Positions 8,822 through 16,140 of a DNA stretch of 33,018 nucleotides are shown here, piece by piece; the stretch's first letter is position 1, and the number at the start of each line of letters is the position of its first letter. The position numbers were made by a program, and so were the translations under genes. The DNA lies in IMG/VR virus record IMGVR_UViG_3300044677_000044, positions 1 to 33,018 of that record. The stretch is one strand, 5' to 3'. The DNA comes from a virus. The notes beneath the pieces are model-generated. The model did no database searches. It had not been told where the DNA came from and saw only the letters and a program-made list of their open reading frames with translations.

Positions 8822-9913
8822 TCAGACGGATGCTCTCGCGGGGAGGCTCTCCATGAGCAGTTCGGCGATGCGGGCCCGTGCCGACGGGGGCATCGATCGG
8901 ATCAGGAAGGCCGCGACCTGTTCCGGATCATCTCCGGCGCCTGCAGAGTCCGCAGGTGCCTCCTGGGCGGCCGGTGGGGCCGTGGCCGCCCTCTCGTTCA
9001 AAACCGGGTTTTGAACCGCGGGCGATCCCGGCGAGGTATCGCCGGGCGGCCGCCGGGCGGCCGGTGGAACAGGCGCAGCCGGCGCGGCGACAACTGCTGC
9101 GGACGGCTCGTTCAAAACCGGGTTTTGAACGAGCGGCGTCTCCGGCGGGGGAGAGGCAACCGTACGAGTCGGCCTCGCCTTACGCTCCTGCCGGGCCTGC
9201 CGCTTGAGACTCGCCTGTTCCTGCTCCCGCTGCTGCTCCTGGTCCCACGCCTGTCTCTGCTCTTCGTGCGTGGGCAGTTTCGCCAGCTGCTCGGCGAGCT
9301 TTATGCGCATGACGCGCCGGTCGGCGAGGTCCTGGAGATCCGGGGCGAGGTCGAGCAGGGCGACCCGGTTGGACACGTACATCTGGCTCTTGCCGATACG
9401 TCTGGCGACAGCCTCCTGCGAGCCGTACTTCGTGACCAGATCAGCGAGGTAGGCGGCTTCCTTGCATGGGTCCAGGTCGCGTCGCTGCCCGTTCTCGATG
9501 ACGATCGCTTCGCGGATCGTGCCCTCTCCGTCGCCGAGGTGGTCCTGGACCCGGATGTCGACCTTCGTCCACCCCAGGGACCGGGCGACGGCCAGCCGCC
9601 GATTGCCGGTGATGACGACCCAGTCAGCCTCGCCGACCGCCTGGGCGTGGTGCGGGTAGTGAGCGAGAAACACGCTGCGGGACACGACAGCGAGCGGCTG
9701 GAGTTGCCCGACCGTGCGGAACGTCTCCTGCATCTCCTGGAATTCGGGATCATCTGTGGAGTAGTCGGAGGCGTCGCGTGGGTTGCCCGGGTTGCTGGCC
9801 AGCGTATGCAGCAGCGCGGTCGTCGGAGGCCCGGACCGGTCGGCACCGTCTCCTTCGCCGCCCCCGGTCCCGCCGACCAGTGTGGTGAACGAGGTTCTCT
9901 TGGACGCCATCAC
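8822..9913 (-). CDS. parB: ParB/Spo0J-family partition protein
   Basis: GQLQPL, GNRRL (GxRR CTP-binding box), ENGQRRDL, and HTH SQEAVARRIGKSQMYVSNRV; coupled to parA. Confidence 0.92.
   Translation of the reverse strand: MMASKRTSFTTLVGGTGGGEGDGADRSGPPTTALLHTLASNPGNPRDASDYSTDDPEFQEMQETFRTVGQLQPLAVVSRSVFLAHYPHHAQAVGEADWVVITGNRRLAVARSLGWTKVDIRVQDHLGDGEGTIREAIVIENGQRRDLDPCKEAAYLADLVTKYGSQEAVARRIGKSQMYVSNRVALLDLAPDLQDLADRRVMRIKLAEQLAKLPTHEEQRQAWDQEQQREQEQASLKRQARQERKARPTRTVASPPPETPLVQNPVLNEPSAAVVAAPAAPVPPAARRPPGDTSPGSPAVQNPVLNERAATAPPAAQEAPADSAGAGDDPEQVAAFLIRSMPPSARARIAELLMESLPARASV
8996..9016. promoter_or_regulatory. parS-like palindrome (inside parB)
   Basis: GTTCAAAACC-G-GGTTTTGAAC. Confidence 0.75.
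9106..9134. promoter_or_regulatory. parS-like palindrome (inside parB)
   Basis: GCTCGTTCAAAACC-G-GGTTTTGAACGAGC, 14-bp arms. Confidence 0.75.
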
Positions 9914-10641
9914 CGGACCTTCCCGCCGGCACCGATCTCCATCGCGAGGCGGTAGAAGTCCTCACGGGCTTCCATGGCGATCCGGTTCTTCTTGTACTGG
10001 GTGACGACCAGTCCCTCCACGGCCGCGCGCGCGTGGAGTTTGTAGTGGCGGATCACCGTCTTAGCGAGGTTCCACCCCTGCTGGTTGACGAAGTTCTTCG
10101 TGTCATCGAGGTCGGCCTCGCCGTCCCGGGGGTCCCAGTTGGAGATGACCACGATGTAGGGGATCCCGAGCGGCTTGACGACCTGCTCGATGGTCTCCAG
10201 GGTCGGGATGAACCCGAGGCCTTCCGGCTCGATCGGGATGATGATGTCGTCGGCGTTCGCCAGGACCTCGCGCAGCGCGTCAGCGGCCGCGCTCTTCCCG
10301 AACGGGTCGCCGGCCTGCTCGGCCTCGTCCTCGGGCAGGTCCATCCACCCGGGGGTGTCAATGAACACGTGCTTGACCTTCTTCGACGCCCGCAGGTCCG
10401 GGAGGTTCTTCAGGTCTCTCTTAGAGGACGTCTGGAGGAACGAGAACGGCAGCGAGTCCCCCACCCGCTCCGCCCACCACGTCGCCGATCCCTGCGGGTC
10501 GGTCGACAGAGCCACGCAGTAGTCCGGCTCCCCCTCAGGGGACTCACCAAGGACTTCCGCGACGACCGCCGCGGTGTTGACGGTGATGGTCGATTTGCCG
10601 ATGCCGCCCTTGCGATTGAGGACGACTGTCATACGTGCCAT
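9910..10641 (-). CDS. parA: ParA-family partition ATPase
   Basis: Deviant Walker A NRKGGIGKST, DPQGS, IDTP. Start MARMTVV at 10641 with a GGAGAA RBS. Confidence 0.93.
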   Translation of the reverse strand: MARMTVVLNRKGGIGKSTITVNTAAVVAEVLGESPEGEPDYCVALSTDPQGSATWWAERVGDSLPFSFLQTSSKRDLKNLPDLRASKKVKHVFIDTPGWMDLPEDEAEQAGDPFGKSAAADALREVLANADDIIIPIEPEGLGFIPTLETIEQVVKPLGIPYIVVISNWDPRDGEADLDDTKNFVNQQGWNLAKTVIRHYKLHARAAVEGLVVTQYKKNRIAMEAREDFYRLAMEIGAGGKVR

Positions 10642-10746
10642 GTGTGTTCTCCGTGTAATTCCCGACAGCGTCGGTACTTCGGACCGGCACAGCATCCCAC
10701 GCACAACTTCCTCCCCGGCGAAGGCACGCGGCGCGCAAGAACGGCA

Positions 10747-10773
10747 CGGCTTCAAAACCCGGTTTTGAAGCCG
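10747..10773. promoter_or_regulatory. parS-like palindrome upstream of parA
   Basis: CGGCTTCAAAACC-C-GGTTTTGAAGCCG, 13-bp arms with the same core as the two parB-internal copies. Confidence 0.75.
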
Positions 10774-10789
10774 CCCGGCATCTGGCAGG

Positions 10790-11950
10790 TCACCAGCGGA
10801 CGGCAAGCCGGGCACCCGAGGCGGCGAGCCGCCCGGCGAGGGAGGCCAGGCGCGGCCCGAACAGGTCGACGGTGTCGTCAGGCCCGCAGTCGGCCAGGTG
10901 CTCGGCGACCACCGACAGGTCCGCCCATCCGGACTCACGTGCTGCCTGACGGTCGGCATCGGTCCTCGGGCCATCCTCGGCCGCGGCCACCAGCTGCTCG
11001 TGCTCGGCGAGCCAGGCGCGCATCTCGGGGTGGTCCAGCGGATGCACGGCAGAGGCCGCGGCGGCCGCCTCAGCGGCGCGGCGGCCGAGCTCAGCCCGGA
11101 TGTACGCGGCGGGCCGCTCGGGGCGCCACAGCAGCATCCACGAGTGCAGCTCGGCCGCGATGTCATGTGCACCCATGCCCTGGTCGATCAGCGGCCGCAG
11201 CGCGAACGCTAGCCGCCGGATGCCCTCCCGCTGCGTCCAGTTCACCCGCGGGCGGACCTGGGAGGCGATCCAGCAGTCCCGTGCCACCTGCGCCGGCGAA
11301 CGGCGCCCCTCGCTGTTGCTGCGGCTTTTCGTCGTGACGGTGACGGGGGAGTGGGATGCGGTTGGGCGGCTCGCGCGCTTGCGCGAGGTGTTCTTCAAAC
11401 CACCCTCTACCTCAACCCTTCTCTCCTCCTTCACCACGCTGAGGGAAGGGGGCTCATCCACGTTGCTGGCCGGAGGGTTATCCACAGCCCCCGGGCCCTC
11501 CTGATGAACCACCACCCGTGCGTCGTACCCGACGCCGACCACCTCGTGACCGCGGGCACGGTCGTACACCGGAGGGATCACCGCGCCGTACACCGTGGCC
11601 GTGCCAGCGTACCCCGGCAGGCCCAGCACCCGGCGGATGTTCGCCTTGGTCCCGCGCACCACCCAGGCCAGCAGACCCAGCTCCCGGAGCACCGCGACGT
11701 GCCGCTTGACGGTCGCCCGGCTCAACTCCAGCCGGGCCGCCGTCTCGTCCAGGCAGTACCGCACGTGCCCGGAGTCGTAGTCCATCCGGCCGGCCAGGTC
11801 CCCCGCGACGCGCAGCGTGGTGGCCCCGGCACGGGGATGCAGGTCCGCTGCGGTGAGCTGCGCCACCGCCCGGAGCCACCGACGCGGCCCACTCCGGCGC
11901 GACGCGGTGTGCTCAACCTCCTGAGCAGCACCGCGAACCAGAGGGACCAC
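10790..11950 (-). CDS. putative plasmid replication initiator (N-terminal winged HTH); start uncertain, ORF open to 12163
   Basis: wHTH LDETAARLELSRATVKRHVAVLRELGLL, a low-complexity linker and a C-terminal domain. Lies directly upstream of parAB and contains a DnaA box. Confidence 0.7.
   Translation of the reverse strand: MVPLVRGAAQEVEHTASRRSGPRRWLRAVAQLTAADLHPRAGATTLRVAGDLAGRMDYDSGHVRYCLDETAARLELSRATVKRHVAVLRELGLLAWVVRGTKANIRRVLGLPGYAGTATVYGAVIPPVYDRARGHEVVGVGYDARVVVHQEGPGAVDNPPASNVDEPPSLSVVKEERRVEVEGGLKNTSRKRASRPTASHSPVTVTTKSRSNSEGRRSPAQVARDCWIASQVRPRVNWTQREGIRRLAFALRPLIDQGMGAHDIAAELHSWMLLWRPERPAAYIRAELGRRAAEAAAAASAVHPLDHPEMRAWLAEHEQLVAAAEDGPRTDADRQAARESGWADLSVVAEHLADCGPDDTVDLFGPRLASLAGRLAASGARLAVRW
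11478..11486 (+). promoter_or_regulatory. DnaA box within rep (candidate intragenic origin)
   Basis: Perfect TTATCCACA, with a degenerate TCATCCACG at 11454-11462. Confidence 0.4.
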
Positions 11951-11960
11951 AGCACCATAT

Positions 11961-11976
11961 ACGAACGACTGTTCGA
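11961..11976. promoter_or_regulatory. LexA (SOS) box at the rep 5' end
   Basis: ACGAAC-GACT-GTTCGA, one mismatch to the actinobacterial TCGAAC-N4-GTTCGA. Adjacent to a minus-strand TATGGT -10-like hexamer. Confidence 0.6.
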
Positions 11977-12201
11977 AATCCTGGCTTGGGGTGCCCCGCG
12001 TGGCGGAGGAAATAGGGGACAAAACGCGCACTGGGGCAGCGTGAGGCTGACAAATGGGCGTGCGGTACTGCAAGATGTGAACCGCCTGTTCTGCTTGATG
12101 TGGGTACGGCAAAGCCCCTGCGGTACGGGGGCTGGTTCCGGAAGAACCTGAAGGACGCTCCACCCCGGCCCGGTCGCCAAACCGGATCGATCAGGAGCCT
12201 T

Positions 12202-12222
12202 GGCTCAGTTCAGAACTGAGCC
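12202..12222. promoter_or_regulatory. perfect palindrome upstream of rep
   Basis: GGCTCAGTTC-A-GAACTGAGCC. Confidence 0.45.
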
Positions 12223-12275
12223 GTGACATGACGGCCGCGCACGGTGCGCCAACACCAGCGGCCAGGCGGTAGAGG

Positions 12276-12295
12276 AAGCCCCCGCCAAGGGGCTT
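12276..12295 (-). terminator. possible terminator after the HIT gene
   Basis: AAGCCCC/GGGGCTT hairpin. Confidence 0.4.
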
Positions 12296-12316
12296 GGACC
12301 TCCCGCCTCGAAAGCC

Positions 12317-12733
12317 CTACGTCACGCGATCCCCTTCCTGGGGTGCCTTCTTGCTGTGCCTGCCGCTGTGCCAGGGCAGGGCGAGGCGGTCGTCCACCCG
12401 GCGGGGAACGACGTGCAGGTGAAGGTGGAACACCGACTGGGTCGCCTCACGCCCAGCGGAAGTGATGAGGTTGCACGGAGCCTTCGCCAGCTCGCTGGCC
12501 GCGCGCATCGCGGCGGCCGACACCGAGGGGTTCTCGGTCAGGTCCCGCACGTGCTGCTTCGGGATGACCAGGAGGTGCCCGTCCGCCACCGGGTCGAGGG
12601 GAACGATCGCCAGAGCGTCATCCCACTCGCGTACGACGGTCGCCGGGGCGTCACCGGCAACGATCCGGCAGAAGACGCAGCCAGCAGCCGCGCTCACCGC
12701 GGGCTCGGCTCGGCCAGGGTTCGGAGCGCGCAT
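12317..12733 (-). CDS. HIT-family nucleotide hydrolase
   Basis: CVFCRIV...GHLLVIPK.H...QSVFHLHLHVVPR histidine triad. Start at ATG 12733 or GTG 12697. Confidence 0.92.
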   Translation of the reverse strand: MRAPNPGRAEPAVSAAAGCVFCRIVAGDAPATVVREWDDALAIVPLDPVADGHLLVIPKQHVRDLTENPSVSAAAMRAASELAKAPCNLITSAGREATQSVFHLHLHVVPRRVDDRLALPWHSGRHSKKAPQEGDRVT

Positions 12734-12749
12734 GGCAGTGGTGTGATCG

Positions 12750-13019
12750 TCACGCTGCCGCGGCTGGTCTTGCTGCGTGGTCCGCCAGTTGAGCGGGTAC
12801 GCTGATCCACGTGTCGGCCTCCGGGTAGTGGCCGGCCCGGCCCCGCTCCCGGTGTGCGACCACCAGGAATCCGCGGGGCCGAACCATTTCCGGCTCTGGT
12901 CTGGTCCTGTGCGGCCGGAAACCACGTTGAGCGGGTCTGCGGCCTGGGCGACAGCCTAGCCCTTGCGTGATCCATACACCCTCACCCTCACTGATCGTGT
13001 CGGTCGTCTGAATCGTCAT
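12750..13019 (-). CDS. hypothetical protein
   Basis: 89-aa ORF filling the gap between the inverted repeat and the HIT gene. Confidence 0.5.
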   Translation of the reverse strand: MTIQTTDTISEGEGVWITQGLGCRPGRRPAQRGFRPHRTRPEPEMVRPRGFLVVAHRERGRAGHYPEADTWISVPAQLADHAARPAAAA

Positions 13020-13061
13020 CAGATATGCAGCTCATCGCACCTGTTGGTGGTGCGGTCCGAA

Positions 13062-13100
13062 CGGTCCTATAGAATTCGGAACAAAATAACGGGTGCCTGC
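13062..13100 (+). repeat. 39-bp inverted repeat, left copy
   Basis: CGGTCCTATAGAATTCGGAACAAAATAACGGGTGCCTGC, 37/39 identical to the reverse complement of 25624-25662. Confidence 0.9.
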
Positions 13101-13119
13101 AGAGCTTCCTCGGGGGTAA

Positions 13120-13527
13120 CTACGAGGCCCGCGCCAGCGGAAAAGTTTCCGAACTTCCCTGGTCGGGTGTGGTGATGGCTACGACGGGCGCGGTCTTGTC
13201 GGCGCGGCGTGCCGTGGTTTTGCGGGTCATGCGTTTCGCGGTGGCGTCTTTCGTGCATACCGGGCAGCGGCAGGCGGCGTTGTTGTAGCGGGATTCGCCG
13301 TGGGGCATGCGGGCGAGTCGGCCGGCGGTGACCGCGGCGTCGTCGAGGGCACGGAACTCGTGGTCGCGGCGGCGGGTGTTGTGGATGGTGCGGGGGGTGA
13401 CGCCGGCGGCGGCTGCGGCTTTGTGCTGGGTGTCGCCGAGGTGGCGGGCGGTCAGGTACCGGGTGCGGGCTGCCGGGGTGAAGAGGGTGGGCCGGCCGCG
13501 GCCGCGGCCGCGGGTGGGGGCGGTCAC
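13120..13527 (-). CDS. HTH protein with C-terminal HG..Y...CRC..C motif
   Basis: GRPTLFT...KAAAAAGVTPRTIHN HTH and HGESRYNNAACRCPVC. GTGA overlap with the upstream gene. Confidence 0.7.
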   Translation of the reverse strand: MTAPTRGRGRGRPTLFTPAARTRYLTARHLGDTQHKAAAAAGVTPRTIHNTRRRDHEFRALDDAAVTAGRLARMPHGESRYNNAACRCPVCTKDATAKRMTRKTTARRADKTAPVVAITTPDQGSSETFPLARAS

Positions 13528-14336
13528 GCGGCGGCCGCCAGCACGGTGGTGGCCGCCGCGTGACCGTTGGTGGTGGCGGGCAGTAGGTGCAGGGCGGTGT
13601 CCGGCCCCGCCTGGTTGGTGGTGGTGTGTTTCTCGGCGAGGGCGTGCATGCCGGGAAGCCACAGCTGGATGCCGCGGGAGCGGACGACGGCGGCCTGGCG
13701 GGAGGGGATGGCGGCGATGATGCGGTCCCGGTCGGTCAGGAGCGGGGTGCGGGGGTCGAGGAGGGTGGTGCGGCGTGCGGCGTAGAGGAGTTGCATGCGG
13801 GTGGTGGTGCCCGGGTCGAGGTGCAGCAGGGTGACGAGGCGGGCGCGGTGCCAGTTCGCGCGGGCGACGGTGAGGCCGGTGGTGGCGGCGACCTGCTGGG
13901 GGCTGCGGTGTGCGGCGAGCGCGCGGAGCACCAGGTGGTCGAGGGCGGTCGCGGTGTCCGCGGCGGCGAGCACCTCGAGGCCTGCGGCGTGCCGGCGCCG
14001 GGTCTTGGTGAGGTCGGTGCGCTGGCGGGCGGTCATCCCGCCCCAGATGTCCCACTGTTCGTACGGACCAGCTTGGTCGCCGAGGGCGTAGGCGAGGCAC
14101 TGCTCCCGCATCGGGCAGCGTCCGCACAGGGAGGTGGCCTGCTCTTCGCGGGCGCGGCGTTCGGGCTGGGTCTCGCGGTCGGGGGTCTGCCAGGCGGTGA
14201 GGGGCACGGTGGGGTCGGTGCGGGACGTCTTCGGGTTGCTGGGGGAGGGTGCGCACGCCCGGTAGTTCCACCAGCGGTGTGCGGCGAGGGCGCGCCATGC
14301 GGCGTCCTGTTCGGTGGTGTCATGGTCAGCAGCCAT
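13524..14336 (-). CDS. whiB: second WhiB-family protein with C-terminal HTH-like domain
   Basis: RAC...CGRCPMREQC...WDIWGG, then SPQQVAATTGLTVARANWH. Confidence 0.8.
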   Translation of the reverse strand: MAADHDTTEQDAAWRALAAHRWWNYRACAPSPSNPKTSRTDPTVPLTAWQTPDRETQPERRAREEQATSLCGRCPMREQCLAYALGDQAGPYEQWDIWGGMTARQRTDLTKTRRRHAAGLEVLAAADTATALDHLVLRALAAHRSPQQVAATTGLTVARANWHRARLVTLLHLDPGTTTRMQLLYAARRTTLLDPRTPLLTDRDRIIAAIPSRQAAVVRSRGIQLWLPGMHALAEKHTTTNQAGPDTALHLLPATTNGHAAATTVLAAAA

Positions 14337-14619
14337 CGGTGCCCCCTCGCGGCAGGTCGGATCGGTTGGTGGTGGCGTAGGCCATGTCGACGATGAGCGC
14401 GGCCCGGGCGAGGACGTCGCGCTCGCGGGCCGCCTGGTCGGCGCGGTCCTGCAGGCGCTGCTCCAGGGCGGCGGTGTCCCGCGCCCAGGCGGCTTCGGTG
14501 AGGCGGGTGTTCAGGCGTAGGCGGGCGAGGGCGCGGCGGTAGGCCCGGCACCGCCAGGCGGCCCACGCCGTAACGGCGAGGGCGGCGGCGAGCGCCGCGC
14601 AGGGTATGGCGTACAGCAC
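14326..14619 (-). CDS. membrane-anchored coiled-coil hypothetical protein
   Basis: GTG at 14619 after GAAGGG; N-terminal hydrophobic helix. Confidence 0.6.
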   Translation of the reverse strand: MLYAIPCAALAAALAVTAWAAWRCRAYRRALARLRLNTRLTEAAWARDTAALEQRLQDRADQAARERDVLARAALIVDMAYATTNRSDLPRGGTDGC

Positions 14620-14660
14620 GACGTCACCGTCCCTTCGGGGGTGTCGTACGGGGTGGGGGT

Positions 14661-14774
14661 TCAGAGGGTGCGGGGGCCGGGTGGTGTGCCGCGCAGCATG
14701 CAGACGGCGCACACGCCGAGCACGAACAGGCTCGGGGCCAGCAGGAAGATCAGGAGGATCTGCCACCAGGTCAT
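14661..14774 (-). CDS. small membrane peptide (37 aa)
   Basis: MTWWQILLIFLLAPSLFVLGVCAVCML; ATGA overlap and a GGAGG RBS. Confidence 0.6.
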   Translation of the reverse strand: MTWWQILLIFLLAPSLFVLGVCAVCMLRGTPPGPRTL

Positions 14775-15316
14775 GACGCTGCCTCCCAGAGGGTGCGGGG
14801 GATGTGCTCGGTGCCCAGAGCGGTGCGGGGGCGGCTGGGCCGGTCCCATCCGGGGTGCGCGGGCCGGTGTGCTACGACGCGCCATCCGGCGCCCCGGAGG
14901 CTCGCGCCGGATTCTCCGGCCTGGGTGTAGGTGATGATCCGGGTGTAGCCGAGAGCCCAGGCCGCCCGGGTGCAGGCGCCGTACAGCATCGAGTTGGCGT
15001 TGAAGGTGCCGTCGGTCGCGGTGCGGGTGACTTCCAGGGTCTGGCCGTTGTCGAAGTGGCGGGCGACGGGCCGGCCTGCGATCGCGACGGCGCGGAGCAC
15101 CCCGTCATCGTCCGCAGCACCGACAGCGAAGATCTGGCCCTTCGGTGGCTGGTGGTTCCGGTGCCACATGGCGACGAAGCGGCGGGCCTCTCGGGACCGG
15201 ACCGGGACCAGATGCAGTGCGATCCCCTCGCTGTGCGGCGCGGCGAGCTGGCCCGGCACCGGGGGCGTGGGCGGCTGATCGAGGAGACGGGCGACCTGGT
15301 CGACGGCGGGGGTCAC
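14771..15316 (-). CDS. XF1762-family (GNAT/Mom-like) protein
   Basis: WHRNHQPP, GRPVAR..D.G.TLEVTR, SMLYGA, ITYTQAGESGASLRGAGW. Confidence 0.8.
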   Translation of the reverse strand: MTPAVDQVARLLDQPPTPPVPGQLAAPHSEGIALHLVPVRSREARRFVAMWHRNHQPPKGQIFAVGAADDDGVLRAVAIAGRPVARHFDNGQTLEVTRTATDGTFNANSMLYGACTRAAWALGYTRIITYTQAGESGASLRGAGWRVVAHRPAHPGWDRPSRPRTALGTEHIPRTLWEAAS

Positions 15317-16140
15317 GATGCCGCTCCTGCCTCGAACAGGCCGATCTGGTGGCCGAGCTCGCGGTTGGACCACAGCACCTCCGTGCGGGCCTTCACCTCG
15401 GTGGCGTTGCCGGTCATCGTCGCGAGTTCGTACCGGTGCCAGCCGGCGTACAGGCTGTCGTAGAGCGGGCTGTGGTAGCCGGACAGGACGACCGCGGCCG
15501 TGCAGTCGGTGAGCGCCGCCGCGAGGTCGCGGTGTTCGCCGTCGCTGCGCATCTCCACGCCGTAGCGGACGTTGGCGTCCGAGCGGACCGTGCCGAGATA
15601 GGGCGGGTCGACGTAGAGCAGGCATTCGGGCTGCATGCCGTACTTCCCGATGACGGTCAGCGCGGGCAGGCATTCCAGGGACACCTCGCGGATCCGCTCG
15701 GCGGCGGGCAGGATCCGGCCGCGGTAGGCCTCGAGGTAGCCGGGCATCGACAGCGTGGATCCAGCGGGGGCGACGTAGTGCCGCCAGCCTGTGCGGCGCA
15801 TCATCCCGCCGCGGCCCTGGGAGAGCCGCACCCACACGCGCCGGGCCCGCTCCAGGACGTCGGTGGTCGGGTCCCACGCCGCGGTGAGCTCGGCGCGGGA
15901 GTGCGGGGTGAGCTCGCAGACCCGCACCAGGTCCTGCGGGCGGTCCCGCAGGACCTGCCAGAAGTTGACCAGGTCGCCGTCGAGGTCGTTGACGGTCTCC
16001 ATCCGGCTCGGCGCCTTCGCGAGGAGCACGGACAGGCCGCCAGCGAAGGGTTCCACGTAGTGCTCGTGCGGGGGCAGCAGGTCGACGATCCGCTGCGCGA
16101 CGCGGCCCTTGGCGCCGAAGTACGGGACCGGCGGCTTCAC
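15313..16140 (-). CDS. DNA adenine methyltransferase (Dam/D12 class)
   Basis: YFGAKG, EPFAGG, NDLD and DPPY motifs. GTG at 16140 overlaps the upstream stop. Confidence 0.93.
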   Translation of the reverse strand: MKPPVPYFGAKGRVAQRIVDLLPPHEHYVEPFAGGLSVLLAKAPSRMETVNDLDGDLVNFWQVLRDRPQDLVRVCELTPHSRAELTAAWDPTTDVLERARRVWVRLSQGRGGMMRRTGWRHYVAPAGSTLSMPGYLEAYRGRILPAAERIREVSLECLPALTVIGKYGMQPECLLYVDPPYLGTVRSDANVRYGVEMRSDGEHRDLAAALTDCTAAVVLSGYHSPLYDSLYAGWHRYELATMTGNATEVKARTEVLWSNRELGHQIGLFEAGAAS

